Shown here in pieces: positions 34,330 through 47,940 of a DNA stretch of 64,000 nt. Origin of the DNA: Mobula hypostoma (taxonomy: Eukaryota); assembly GCF_963921235.1 (NCBI RefSeq), contig NC_086097.1, forward strand, positions 2,790,001 to 2,854,000. Direction: 5' to 3'. The translations under genes and the position numbers were made by a program. The first letter of the stretch is position 1. Every line of letters begins with the position of its first letter. Below the pieces are notes generated by a model that saw nothing but the letters and a program-made list of their open reading frames with translations, made no database searches and was not told the DNA's origin.

Positions 34330-35185
34330 CTCACCTCAAACTGTCCCTTATCCCTAACCTGTCCCCTAACTCCACACACTGTCCCCAAATTCACTACCCT
34401 TCACCCCTACTGACCTTTATCCCTAACCTGTCCTCTAACTCCACAGACTGTCCCCAAATTCACTACCCTTCACCCCTACTGACCTTTAACCCTAACCTGT
34501 CCCCTAACTCCACACACTGTCCCCAAATTCACTACCCTTCACCCTTACTGACCTTTATCCCTAACCTGTCCCTCACTCCCAACATTGTCACAAATCCACT
34601 AACACTCACCTCTAACTGTACCTTATTCCTAACCAGTCTCCTAACTCCATACACTGTTCCCAAATTCACTACCCTTCACCCCAACTGACTTTTATCCCTA
34701 ACCTGTCCTCTAACTCCACACACTGTCCCCAAATTCACTACCCTTCACCCCAACTGACCTTTATCCATAACCTGTCCTCTAACTCCACACACTGTCCCCA
34801 ATTTCACTACCCTTCACCCCAAATGACCTTTAATCCTAACCTGTTCCTTAACTCCCAACATTGTCACAAATTTACTACCCCTCACCTCAAACTCCATCTT
34901 ATCCCTAACCTGTACCCTCACTCCCAACATTGTCACAGATCCACTAACCCCCACCTCAAACTCACCTTATTGCTAACCTGTACCCTCACTCCCAACATTG
35001 TCACAATTCTACTAACCCTCACCTCAAACTCACCTTATCCCTACCCTGTCCTCAAATTCACTACCCTCAGCTATAACTGTCCCTTATCCCTAACCTGTAC
35101 CCTCACTCCCAACATTGTCACAAATCTACTACTCCTTACCTCTAACTGTCCTTATCCCTGACTCCCTGTGCTGTCCCCAAATCCA
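34330..35185. repeat. About 69-bp C-rich minisatellite with CCCTAA-containing units
   Basis: CCCTAACC recurs at 34352, 34421, 34490 and 34559 (69-bp period), then the array diverges. Confidence 0.9.
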
Positions 35186-36319
35186 TCCCAACTACTCCAA
35201 AAATTAACTAACTCTGAGTTATGATCTTGACAGACTTTGCAACTCAGTGGCCATCTTGACCTAAAAAAGTGATTGTAAGCCCATCCGCCATCTTGGTTTT
35301 GCTATCCCCAAAACTCAATCTTCACTAAATCTATCAATGTCAGCTTTAAAATTGCTTTTGTTGGAGGGTGTGGGTAGGTGGTTGTGGGGGTAGTGGTATC
35401 AATGACAGGGAACAGTAGCTGGTAGTGAGGTATTCTACATTTCCATTAGATTTGGGCAAAGAAGTTCTTCCTGACATTCTCCATACTGTATTTGTACTAG
35501 TTCCAACTATGAGATGTTCTTGACTGCACAATCAGAGAAAAGAGTTTATTCTAATTATTTTCTTTGATCCTTTCACCATCTGAAACATCTCAAGTAAATT
35601 ATTTCTTAAACATCCAACCAAGGAAACACAAACCCTATTAAAGCAATCCATCATTTATTTACTCTTAAACTAAACTAAATGATATATAGCAAGTGCTATA
35701 CATCATATTTATATATAATTATATAGTTAAACACACATTATTGGATGTGAAGTAATATATATGATATATTGGACCAATACATTTTGGCCCAATTAAGCAG
35801 CTGTCCCAATTTGTTAAAATTTCATTAAAATAGTTAAAAGGTATAAAAAGGACTATTTAACTGCTGAAAAATTATGTATTTATATGAAATACAGATCGAT
35901 ATAGAATACTACCAATACCTCTACAGTACTATAAACTGCATATTAGTTCCTAATAGTTATCGACAGAGGAATTCATCCAGTGTACTCCGCCGTGTTCTTT
36001 TGATTGACTGTAAATGAACAAAATCAGCACAGGCACCTGGTGCAGATAACAGACTGCCTTCACATAAAGCTTTCAAAGATTGCAACCTCCAAATCTTCAT
36101 TTTCATTGTAGCATTCAATGATGAATGGCAATACTTTCAAATTCTTTGTAATTCCAAACTTGTCTCATTTTCGCTCTTGGCCATTTCTGGAGTCTGAATG
36201 CTTGAAACTGTGGTGAGAAAACAGTTCAGAATTGTCCTACCTGCTTATTTCTTGCCAGCTATCAATGACAAAAGTCACTGGATTTTTGCACACAAACACA
36301 CAGAACTGATGAGCGATAC

Positions 36320-36665
36320 CAATCAGGGTGGTGGGGTGGAGATACCTCTCTACCAAAGGAGGTGTGAGGTGCTCCTTCCCTCCGCTGGCCTGCAGTTCAC
36401 CCCTGGGCCAGGTGTAGCACCAGCTTAGCCTCCGATCAGGGTCATGTGAGGCCATGGCAGGACGTAGTGGATGGTCGTATGATCCCAGTTCTGCGATACT
36501 GACGCCAGGTTGACAATCTCTGAAGAGTATTGATAATGGTTGGGGGCGGGGGGGAGGTTACCTGCCTGGTAAAGACACTGCCCAGAAGGCAATGAAAAAT
36601 TTGCCAAGAACAATCGTGGCCATGGAAAGACCATGATCACCCACATTATACGACACGCACATAAT
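36320..36665 (+). mobile_element. RTE-related SINE-like element
   Basis: 3' end GAAGGCAATG...ACGACACGCACATAA resembles RTE/BovB-type tails (inference). Confidence 0.4.
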
Positions 36666-36842
36666 CATTGAAACAATACGTAAAATAAACCGTACGGAAT
36701 CTTTGATTTTAGAATTAAAGGCTCAGTGCACTAAAGCAAGGAAGGTGTGCTGAATATTTAAAACTCACTTATTTCCCAGAACAAAATCTGTAACAAGGAG
36801 AAATGTTCAAAGTGAGAACTGCCGACAATATCGAGATATTCA

Positions 36843-37275
36843 TATACTTACTTACAGCCCTAAGCCGCTGGTATTTAGGGGAACAGTGAAAGCCTTCCAT
36901 CTCCACCTGTCCTGGTCTTGTCAGTGCTGAGGGCTTCCTTCACTGTGCCAGTAACTTCCTCTCGGTTTTCACTCCTGTCAGCCATGCAAGTCCCAGGTGG
37001 AGACGCGGGAGTACGGTTGCACACACAAATGTGGAAGAGTTCTGCATTGCTGTTTCCATAACAGTTTTGTTTGATCAGTCAGGGTTGTTAGCGCTGAGAT
37101 GAACCCCGAAAACTGGAGGACCAATGGACCACTCTTCGCCTGGCCTCTACCCTTTGACCTGTTTGGCAGGGGTGACTTTACGAAGAGACAAGCCATAAAG
37201 CCCTGGCCCCAGCCAGCACAGCGCTCTGGGCCTTTGAGGCACGCAACCCTCTAGATCACAACAATGTTGTGGTTG
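36843..37275 (-). mobile_element. Internally deleted RTE (Expander-like) element: 5' UTR joined to 3' tail
   Basis: Minus strand has GGGCTTTATGGC..GTCACCCCTGCCAAACAGGTCAAAGGGTAGAGGCCAG (RTE 5' UTR-like) and ends TGGAAGGCTT..GTAAGTAAGTA. Confidence 0.55.
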
Positions 37276-38084
37276 TCTTAACTACAAGCTGCGTTATCAA
37301 GTCTGGACAATGACTAGAGTCACTGCATCGCATAAGCTAATTTTCTTGTGACAACACAAATCTTGTGTTGAATATTTATAATCAGTGAAGTTCTCAGGAA
37401 TACTTGAACCCTCTTTGTAGAATTCACTAAAATAAATGAGCAGTGAGGAAGGTAATCAAAAGGTACAGGAGGACCTTGATCAGTTGAGTGTTTTGTTAAG
37501 TATTGTATTTGGAAAGTCAAGTCCAGTGAATGGCAGGGCCTTGGGGAGTGTTGTAGAACAGGGGGACATTGGAGTACAAGTACATGGTTCCCTGAAAGTG
37601 GAGTCACAGGTAGAGAGGGTAGGGAAGAAGGCTTTTGCCAAACTGGCCTTAATCATCAGGACATTGAATATCGGGAATTCATGACATGGTTATACAGGAG
37701 GTGGAAAAGCTACACTTGCAGGATTGTATTCAGTTTCGGTCACCATGCTTCAGGAAAGATGTTATTAAACTGGAAAGAATGCAGAGAAGATTTACAAGAA
37801 TTTTGCCAAGACTTGAGCAACAAGCTATGGGGAGATGTTGGACAGGCTAGGACTTTTTTTTTCAGAATCTAGGAGACTGAGAGGTGATCATACAGAGGTA
37901 CTATATATAAAATCATGAGGGGCAGAGGTAGGGTGAATGCAATTACAGGTCGTATTTACTCCAGGATTGGCGAATGAAGGACAAGAGGGCATAGGGTTAA
38001 GATAAGTGGGGAAAGATTTAAGAGGAACTTGAGGGGAATATTTTTATACAAGGAATGGCATAGACTTGGAAGAGGTTGAGGCAG

Positions 38085-41000
38085 GTACAATGAGAACTTT
38101 GAGTGAGTGGGCCAGTGAAGGAGTGGAGCTTTAAGGCTTTGATTCGAGAGGCTTCGATGAGAAGAGGTGGAGGACAAGCTAGCTCGCAGTTAGTTTTTAC
38201 AATGTCTCCTGATTCGGTGATGTGCCTCTCATGTGAGATGTGGTAGTCTTGGGGGAACTCCCCTCTCCTGCAGAGTCACATCTGCCAGAAGTGCATACGG
38301 CTGGGCGATCTGGAAGACCGTGTAAGGAATCTGGAGCAGGAGCTGGATGACCTTTGACTCATAAGGGAGAATGAGGCTGTCATAGATGAGAGCTACAGGG
38401 AGGTAGTCACACCTAGGCTGTCGGAAGCAGGTCGTTGGGTGACAGTCAGAGGGGGGAAAGCAAAGATGAGCAGACAGATAGTGCAGAGCACCCCTGTAGC
38501 CATTCCCCTGAATAATAAGTTTACTGTCCTGGATACTGTTGGCGGGGATGACCGATCAGGTGTGAGCCACGGTGGCAGGGTCTCCGGCACTGAGTCTGAC
38601 GCTGTGGTGCAGAAGGGTGGGATGGAGAAGAGGAGAGCTGTTGTCATTGGAGACTTCTATAGTCAGGGGAGCAGACAGGAGATTTTGTGGATGTGAGAAG
38701 GACACCCGCATGGTTTGTTGCCTCCCTGGTGCCAGGGTCCGGGATGTCTCTGACCGGGTGCATGACATCCTGCTACGAGAGGGAAAGCAACCAGAAGTCG
38801 TGATACATGTTGGGACCAACGACATAGGCGGGAAGAGGGATGAGGTCCTGAAGTGTGAGTTTCGGGAATTAGGCAGAAGGCTGAAGAACAGGACCTCAAG
38901 GGTGGCGTTCTCAGGATTGCTGCCAGTGCTATGTGACAGTGATGGTAAGAATTGGAGGAGATGGCAGTTGAATGCGTGGCTGAGGAGTTGGTGCAGGGAG
39001 CAGGGTTAGATTTTTAGATCATTGGGATCTCTTCTGGGGAAGGTGGGACCTGTACAGATTGGATAGGTTGCACCTGAACTCGAGGGGGAGCAATATCCTT
39101 GCAGGTAGGTTTGCTAGCATGGTTCGGGAGGGGTTAAACTAATTTGCAAGGGGGATGGGACCCAGAGCGATAGAGCAGTGAAAGAAATGCGTGGAGTAAA
39201 GCCAGATCTAACATATAGAGAGGCCTTGAGGAAAGAGAAGCAGAATAAACGGTGTAAAGACAGTAAGGTAGAAGAGCTGAAATGTGTGTACCTCAATGCA
39301 AGAAGCATCAGGAGCAAAGGTGATGAACTGAGAGCTTGGATACATACATGGAATTATGATGTAGTGGCCATTACAGAGACTTGGCTGGCACCACGGCAAG
39401 AATGGATTCTCAATATTCCTGGATTTCAGTGCTTTAAAAGGGATAGAGAGGGCGGAAAAAGGGGAGGAGGGGTGGCGTTACTGGTCAGGGATACTATTAC
39501 AGCTACAGAAAGGGTGGGTAATGTAGCAGGATCCTCTTTTGAGTCAGAATGGGTGGAAGTCAGGAACAGGAAGGGAGCAGTTACTCTATTGGGGGTATTC
39601 TATAGGCCCCTTGGTAGCAGCAGAGATACAGAGGAGCAGATTGGGAGGCAGATTTTGGAAAGGTGCAAAAGTAACAGGGTTGTTATCATGGGTGACTTTA
39701 ACTTCCCTAATATTGATTGACACCTGATTAGTTCCAAGGGTTTAAATGGGGCAGAGTTTGTTAAGTGTGTCCAGGGCGGATTCCTGTCACAGTATGAGGA
39801 CATGCCGACTAGGGGGAATGCCATACTAGATCTAGTACTAGGTAATGAACCAGGTCAGGTCACAGATCTCTCAGTGGGTGAGCATCTGGGGGACAGTGAC
39901 CACCACTCCCTGGCCTTTAGCATTATCATGGAAAAGGATAGAATAAGAGAGGACAGGAAAATTTTTAATTGGGGAGGGGCAAATTATGAGGCTCTAAGGC
40001 TAGAACTTGCGGGTGTGAATTGGGATGATGTTTTTGCGGGGAAATATACCATGGACATGTGGTTGATATTTAGAGATCTCTTGCAGGATGTTAGGGATAA
40101 GTTTGTCCTGGTGAGGAAGATAAAGAATGGTAGGGTGAAGGAACCATGGGTGACAAGTGAGATGGAGAATCAAGTCAGGTGGAGGAAGGCAGCATACATG
40201 AGGTTTAGGAAGCAAGGATCAGATGGGTCTATTGAGGAATATAGGGAAGCAAGAAAGGAGCTTAAGAAGGGGCTGAGAAGAGCAAGAAGGGGGCATGAGA
40301 GGGCCTTGGCGAGTAGGGTAAAGGAAAACCCCAAGGCATTCTTCAATTATGTGAAGAACAAAAGGATGACAGGAGTGAAGGTAGGACCGATTAGAGATAA
40401 AGGTGGGAAGATGTGCCTGGAGGCTGTGGAAGTGAGCGAGAGTACAAAGTAAATGGCAGGATACTTGGTAGTGTGGAGGAGCAGAGGGATCTGGGGGTAT
40501 ATGTCCACAGATCCCTGAATGTTGCCTCACAGGTAGATAGGGAAGAAAGCTTATGGAGTGTTAGCTTTCATAAATCGAGGGATAGAATTTAAGAGTCGCG
40601 ATGTAATGATGCAGCTCTATAAAACTCTGGTTCGGCCACACTTGGAGTATTGTGTCCAGTTCTGGTCACCTCACTATAGGAAGGATGTGGAAGCATTGGA
40701 AAGGGTACAGAGGAGATTTACCAGGATGCTGCCTGGTTTAGAGATTATGGATTATGATCAGAGATTAAGGGAGCTAGGGCTTTACTCTTTGGAGAGAGGG
40801 AGGTTGAGAGGAGACATGATAGAGGTGTACAAGATATTAAGAGGAATAGAGTGGATAGCTAGCACCTCTTCCCCAGGGCACCACTGCTCAATACAAGAGG
40901 ACATGGCTTTAAGGTAAGGGGTGGGAAGTTCAAGGGGGATATTAGAGGAAGGTTTTTTACTCGGAGAGTGGTTGGTGCGTGGAATGCACTGCCTGAGTCA

Positions 41001-41163
41001 GTGGTGGAGGCAGATACACTAGTGAAATTTAAGAGACTACTAGACAGGTATATGGAGGAATTTAAATTGGGGGTTATAAGGGAGGCAGGGTTTGACGGTC
41101 GGCACAACATTGTGGGCTGAAGGGCCTGTAATGTGCTGTACTATTCTATGTTCTATGTTCTAT
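38085..41163 (+). mobile_element. Young CR1, 5'-complete but lacking the RT core (internal deletion at about 40440)
   Basis: ORF1 HVGTNDI; endonuclease YLNARS, AITETW, GDFNFP, DSDH. Jumps from LEAVEVSE straight to post-RT sequence. (TTCTATG)n tail. Inserted in an older CR1 (37430-38080 / 41165-41260). Confidence 0.9.
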
Positions 41164-41801
41164 GACAGGTACAGAGGGATATAGATAATGGAACGAGCCT
41201 TGGTCAGCATAGACCAGTTGGGTTGAAGTGCCTTTTACTGTATTGTCTGACTCTATGACTCAATTAAATAAATATGCTTTCTCAGTACTGTGTATAAAAT
41301 TATCTTGTCCCATTATCTATACCCTGCTGTATCTATCCAAGAATCTTTTGAAAGTTGTCATTGTATCTGCTCCAACCTTTTCCATTTGCAGCTTATTCCA
41401 AGTCGATCCCATTCCTTGTATAAAACTATTGCCCTCGGCTCCCTGCTCATCTTAACCCTATGCCCTCTTGTTCTTCAGTCGCCAATCCTGGAAAAAACAC
41501 CGAGTGCATTCACCCTACCTCTGCCCCTCATGATTTTCACAGATATGAAATAACTACCTGGAAAATTAAAGGAATTCCCATGTCCTGTTGATCATGCAGA
41601 TTAAACTCTTTTGGTTTTCTTTATTTATTGAGATATAGTGTGCCAAAGGCCCTTCCGGTCCTGTGAGCCATGCCCAGTGTAATGGGCTGGGTTGATCTGA
41701 CCCAAGCAGTTTGTGTGTCCAGGAGATGTGGTAAAAAGCATGCAAGCACAACAAGGTATCATAAAACAGAAAGCACAAATAAATCACGCTAAATACCATG
41801 T

Positions 41802-42057
41802 GGCCGGCTGGTGGCGCAGTGGCATCAGCGCCGGACTCTGGAGCGAAGGTTCCCGAGTTCAAACCCAGTCGGGCCGCTCCTGGGCACGCTTTCCATCTGT
41901 GCTGGGTTAAGTGTCGAGCTCGCAACTTGGCCTCGTTTAAAAAAAAGACTGCACTGTGAGAAAGACGTGGGGGACCACTCACAGAATCTTTCCTCCAAGA
42001 CAACCACTTGAAAAGTGGTCGCCAAGGCTCTGGCAGAGTATGGCACACAAAAAAAAA
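41802..42057 (+). mobile_element. tRNA-derived SINE, young, with poly(A) tail and TSD
   Basis: A box TGGCGCAGTGG at 41812-41822; B box GAGTTCAAACC at 41855-41865; A-tail; ACCATGT at 41795-41801 and 42058-42064. Confidence 0.85.
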
Positions 42058-42529
42058 ACCATGTAGTAAGTTACAAAGATTTCATGGATCATAATTCTTA
42101 GTCTCCACTTGATTGTCGCTGTGTCCATCCTAGGCACCAATCGATCACAATTCTTTGGTCTAGGTGAAGACCCAAGAACCAAGCGAGAGGCGTCTTAATA
42201 AATAGGGATCCAACCCACAAGCACAGCGGGACATCCGGAGACAGATAAACATTTTGGTCTCTTGTTCTTATGCCATGAACTCAGCATGGTTTCTTTCTTT
42301 TGAATAACTCATGTGTTTACTGACAGGCATCCTGAGCCACTGGTGCCTTGAGGCCAAGGAAAGGATCCATCCGTGATCAGCAAACATTAGACATTATCAA
42401 ACCCGCTCTGTTTAACTTGTACAGACACCTTACATGCTGCGAGCTCACAAAGAGTTCAAGTTCACCTGGAGCTCCTCAAACTTTCATCCAATAGCTTAGA
42501 AAATTTAGTACACCACAACACACCCAGCA

Positions 42530-42692
42530 ACCCGCAATTTAGTCCTAGCCTAATCACAGGACAATTTACAATGACCAATTAATGTACCAACTGGTATATC
42601 TTCGGACTGTGGGAGGAAACCAGAGCACCTGGAGAAAACCCAGGCGGTCATGAGAAGAATGAACAAACTCCTTACAGACAGCAATGGGAATT
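42530..42692 (-). mobile_element. V-SINE/HE1-like fragment
   Basis: TGTGGGAGGAAACCAGAGCACCTGGAGAAAACCCA...CAAACTCCTTACAGACAG is the reverse complement of the conserved V-SINE-type core. Confidence 0.7.
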
Positions 42693-43049
42693 TATAAATG
42701 TTATAAATCGATGCTTGCAGGTCATTTATTCTACAATTTTATAGAGGAATGTACTGAGAAACAACACATTGATATATTTGAGATCAGTCACAGTTTTTTT
42801 TAACTTTTTTACTTCCACAAAATGATCTCACATTTTATCCTGAGTAAAACTGCTTAAGTATTTCTATCTCAATGTCCCTTCTTCTCATTCCCAAGCCCAT
42901 CACCCCTACTGGGGTATAGGCCATTGACAGCAGCTCATTAAAGCCCTCTGTCCTGGGATGATGGAAGCTTGATTGGTCCTGTGCCTTCTCAGACATCCCA
43001 CCCTGCAAAAACTAATTTCAGGGAGGTCTCAACCGGAAGTCTCAACCTC

Positions 43050-43400
43050 ATAGCAGTCTGTGTCAACGAATTCGTTAATTTTGTAAGACATCAGATTCAC
43101 AGAGACAGCTGACTTCTGAATTCTGTCTTAATGTGCCATGTTCACAATAGCTGCTGTCTTGGTTGATGAGCAAGCATAGTTTTTTGCTATTTCTGAATCA
43201 GGAAACATTTTCCTGAATAGCTTGCCTGTGTGCTTCCACACCTGGAATGGCAGGTCATGCTCAAGATGTAAAGTACATCTCAGCTCTAGTGACCTTCTCT
43301 GTCAGACTTTGGTTTCCTGCTGAAAAGAACTGTGAAATACTTGAGCAGCCTTCCCTCTGCTTAGCCTCCCTGATATGTTGTGGTCTCTAAAAGAAATAAA
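43050..43400 (-). mobile_element. hAT transposase relic
   Basis: VTRAEMYF / EHDLPF..KHTGKLFRKMFPDSEIAKNYACSSTKTAAIV (about 43135-43293), with a frameshift. Confidence 0.7.
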
Positions 43401-44229
43401 AGCATAAAGTGTTTCCTTATTACAGGTGTGCATCGTTTAACGTCCGTTCGGACAACGTCTGATCGCATAAATGTCAGTAGTCACACACACACACACTGTC
43501 TGCAATAGTCGGGATCAGAACTTACTTTTTTACATCGAAATGGGGGATTTTAAATGAGTCATTTAGAAGTTCTGTATCTTCAAGATCAAGCTTATTGTCA
43601 TCTGGCTGATTGTCCACAAACGAAACAACCTCTGTCCGGACCATGGTGTTGCCAAAATACATATATTCTGCTTTCAAAAGACCATAAGACACAGTATAGG
43701 AGCAGAATTAGGGCTTTTAGCCCATCGAGTCTGCCTCATCATTTCATCATGGCTGATCCAATTTTCCTCTTAGACCCAGCCCCCGCCTTCTCGCCGTATC
43801 CCTTCATGCCTTGACTAACCAAGAATCTATCAATCTCTGCCTTAAATATACATAAACTTGGCCTCCACAGCTCCCTGTGGCAAAGAATTCACCGCACAAC
43901 TTCATACACTTTCCAGGCAAAGATCCTTATCTCCCAGGGATGAGGTCTTTGGACCTTTTGTTGATGTTTCTGCAGCTCTGGGTTTTTAAGGGATGTTGTT
44001 GCTAACCCCATGGCCAACAAGCTGGGCTTGGAACCCTCCACAGTGGAGTTATGTCCCTTACCTATTGGGCTTTGAACTCAATTATACCAACTCAGCAAGT
44101 ATTCCAGAGAAAACAGCCACCATAAAAACATGTATATATCTGAAAGAGGTACACGCAACATTGTCAAGCATTTTGAGAAATCTATCAGAAGATTAAAGTT
44201 ACACATTGCTATTTATTTGTCAAGTACTG

Positions 44230-44720
44230 AGAGCCCAGAATGGACATGGAAAACCGTTCACCAGCGGTGCTACCCCTCCATGGACACTCCATACACCTTG
44301 GGTCCCCAAAAGACACCCATGGCTCCAAGTAGCTGTTTGCAGGTGACAATGGCCACACCCTGCAACACCACTTGGAAAGGTGGCTAGACCAGGCCAGGGA
44401 CGCTGGTGGTCACATATCCTGGTGAGATGCAGACATTCCTGTCCTAGCATGTGAAGTCAGCTCAGGTGAACTGGGCGGATGAGATCCAATGGGCAGGAAG
44501 GCTCTTCTGCAATGCTCTGTGGAGGACAAAACACAGAAGACATCATGGTTATCCATTGTAACCAAGGAAGACCCCAGCTTGTGATGCTTGTTCGTACCAT
44601 TGGACCTAGACTTCTGAGGTCGAGAGAGTGGATCTGCCCCAGTGCAAAGCCTTTTCCACTTTAAACACTCTCCCTCGCTGATGTCCTATCATCGTCAGTC
44701 ATGGCGGGAAGCCACCACCA
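44230..44720 (+). mobile_element. Older homolog of the 3701-4248 retroposon, with its 5' end inverted
   Basis: Shared blocks TGGCTCC..GTAGCTGTTTGC, GGCCACACCC, AGCATGTGA and ACACAGAAGAC. Confidence 0.6.
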
Positions 44721-44849
44721 TTGACAGCCTCAGAGTTACTGATATCTACACACATTTGTTCGGTTAAAATTGTGCGCCAGTTGCACCTTACAACACTGTA
44801 CACAAAATAGATACTTTTAATTAAAACTTTCCCCCTCAGTGTCCCTGAC

Positions 44850-46965
44850 ACCATAAGACCATGAGACATAGGAGCAGAATTAGGCCATTCAGCCCATCGA
44901 ATCTACTCCACCATTCCATCATGGTTGATCCTGGATCCCACTCAACCCCATACTCCTGCCTTCTTGCCATAACCTTTGATGCCCTGACCGATCAGGAAAG
45001 TATCAATTTTCACTTCAAATATACCCATGTTATTGGCCTTCACAGATGTCTGTGGCAGAACATTTTACAGATTCACTGCTCACCGGCTAAAAACAAAATC
45101 CTCCTTTCCTCTGTCCTACAGGGTTGCCCCACAATACCTCCACCATCAGAAACATCCTCTCCACATCCACCTTGCCTAGTCCTTTCAACAACTGGTTGGT
45201 TTCAATGAGATCCCCCCACATTCTTCTAAATTCCAGTGAGTACAAGCCCAAAGCTGCCAAACACTCCTCGTGAGGATGAGAGGTGACCTGATAGAAGTGT
45301 ATAAGACGATGAGAGGCATTGATCGTGTGGATAGTCAGAGGCTTTTCCCCAGGGCTGAAATGGCTAACACGAGGGGGCACAGTTTTAGGGTGCATGGAAG
45401 TAGGTACAGAGGAGATATAAGTTTTTTACGCAGACAGTGGTGAGTGCGTGGAATGGGCTGTTGGTGACAGTGGTGGAGGTGGATACGATTATCTCCTTGT
45501 TTTTTAATTCTATTCCCGTTGAAATAATTGCCAACATTGCATTTGCCTTCTTTACCACAGACTCAACCTGTAAATTAACCTCCTGGGAGTCTTGCACGAG
45601 GACTCCTAAGTCCCTTTGCACCTCTGCTGTTCGAATTTTCTCCCCATTTGGATAATAGTCTGCACTATTGCTCCTTTTACCAAAATGCATTATCATACAT
45701 TTTCCAACACTGTATTCCATCTGTTACTTTTTTGCTCATTCTTCCAATTTGTCCATGTCCTTCTTTCTGCAATTACATTGCTTCCTCAGCACTATTTACT
45801 CCTCCATCTATCTTCGTATCATTCACAAACTTTGCCACAAAGCCATCAATTCTGTTATCTAAATCACTGGCAAAAAATGTGAGAGGTAGCAGTCCTAACA
45901 CTGTTCCCTGAGGAACACCACTAGTCACCCGTAGCGAACCAGAAAAGGCTCCCTTTATTCCCACTCATTGCCTCCTGCCTGTCAGCCATTCCGTTATCCA
46001 TGCCAGTATCTTTCTTGTAATGCCATGGGATTTTATCTTGTTAAGCAGCCTAAGCTAAGCTAAGGTACCGGTGACCCCTGTTTCCATCCAGGGGGTCAGT
46101 GTGGACATGGTGGAGGATTACAAATACCTAGGGATACGAGTTGACAATAAACTGGACTGGTCAAAGAACACTGAGGCTGTCTACAAGAAGGGTCAGAGCC
46201 GTCTCTATTTCCTGAGGAGACTGAGGTCCTTTAACATCTGCCGGACGATGCTGAGGATGTTCTATGAGCCTGTGGTGGCCAGTGCTATCATGTTTGCTGT
46301 TGTGTGCTGGGGCAGCAGGCTGAGGGTAGCAGACACCAACAGAATCAACAAACTCATTCGTAAGGCCTGTGATGTTGTGGGGATGGAACTGGACTCTCTC
46401 ACGGTGGTGTCTGAAAAGAGGATGCTGTCTAAGTTGCATGCCATCTTGGACAATGTCTCCCATCCACTACATAATGTACTGGTTGGGCACAGGAGTACAT
46501 TCAGCCAGAGACTCATTCCACCGAGATGCAGCACAGAGTGTCATAGGAAGTCATTTCTGCCTGTGGCCATCAAACTTTACAACTCCTCCCTTGGAGGGTC
46601 AGACACCCTGAGCCAATAGGCTGGTCCTGGACTTATTTCATAATTTACTGGCATAATTTACATATTACTATTTAACTATTTAAGGTTCTATTACTATTTA
46701 TTATTTATGGTGCAACTGTAACGAAAACCAATTTCCCCTGGGATCAATAAAGTATGACTATGACTAGCCTTGTGTGTGGCACCTAATGAAATGCCTTCTA
46801 AAAATCTAAGTAAATGACATCCACTACCTTCTTTTGTCCACCCTGCTTGTTACTCCTTGAAGAACTCTTAACAGATATGTCAGGCAAGATTTCCCTGTAC
46901 AGGAACCATACTGACTGTGACTTGTTTTATCATTAGTCTCCAAGTACTCTGAAGCCTCATCCTTA
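44850..46965 (-). mobile_element. CR1 RT / 3' fragment with nested pieces
   Basis: SGVPQGTVLG, AKFVNDTKI and QRDLGVLV motifs. A short opposite-strand CR1 piece lies at about 45272-45488. Confidence 0.8.
46052..46765 (+). mobile_element. Rex1/Babar 3' fragment with open C-terminal ORF (46071-46619), candidate TSD AGCCT
   Basis: YKYLGIRVDNKLDW, SRLYFLRRLRSF and SFLPVAIKLYN motifs; AATAAA plus TATGAC tail. Confidence 0.85.
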
Positions 46966-47940
46966 ATGATAATAATAAGTTTATTGATCCCAAGTGGGAA
47001 ATACTTTCATTACAGCAAAAACATTAAAAACACACTTATCAGTGTGCAGGCTTTACTAATAATAAAGTACAGAATAATAACATACACAGTAATAATGTAC
47101 CAACATGCAATAATAATGTACAAAATAATAAAGCAGGGACTATAGTACTATGATGTGTGTTCTCCTGTCGCACAGAGATGAACTGTTGTATATGCTCATT
47201 GTATTTGGTCAGAAGTATTTTCTGTAGTGATCCTTGTGACAATGGAGCTGAGTGACTCTGTTCATAAGGGTGCTCCGCTACTTGTTCAGTCGGTCATGAA
47301 GAGGATGTGCCTGATTGTCCATAACGGATAACAGTTTGTTTAGTGACCTCCTCTCCACCACTATCTCAAAAGGGTCCAGGTTCTAGCCAAGGACAGATCC
47401 AGCCTTTTGATGAGTTTATTGGTCATTCTGTATGACCAGCATCGATGCTGCTCCCCCACATAAAGCTGTAAAGAAGACTGCACTTGCTACAACAGACTGG
47501 TAAAAGATCTCCAACATCCTGCTGCACACATTGAAGCATCTCAGCCTCCTTATAAAATAGAGTCTGCTCATCCCCTTCTTGTAAACAGCCCTGTTGTTGG
47601 CTTTCCAGTCAAGTTTGTTGTCGAGGTGAACACGCAATTATTTGTACTTCTCCACCACCGCAAATTCTTCTCCCAGAATGTATCCAGGACTTGCCACAGT
47701 CCTCTTCTTCCTAAAATCAATCACCATCTCCCTGGTTTTGGCTACATTCAGGAGCAGGTGGTTCCCACAAACACCACTCCACAAACTTGTCCACCAGTCC
47801 TCTGTCTCCGACTCCTCTGATACACTCAACCACCACAAAGTCATTAGAGAACTTCTGCAAGTGGCAAGACTCAGAGTTGTATTGAAAGTCTGAGGTGTAC
47901 AGCATGAACAGAAACAGAGACAGGACATTCTCTCGTGGCA
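46966..47940 (-). mobile_element. Rex1/Babar fragment
   Basis: LFLFMLYTSDF, QKFSND, KTREMVIDFR and VHLDNKLDW motifs. Confidence 0.8.

Noticed and set aside
35245..35300. YY1-like GCCATCTTG motifs as a second promoter
   Set aside because: No CpG island or exon nearby; they are probably part of an adjacent repeat end.
41802..41875. tRNA gene
   Set aside because: The anticodon stem does not pair, and the sequence continues into a SINE body with an A-tail and TSD.
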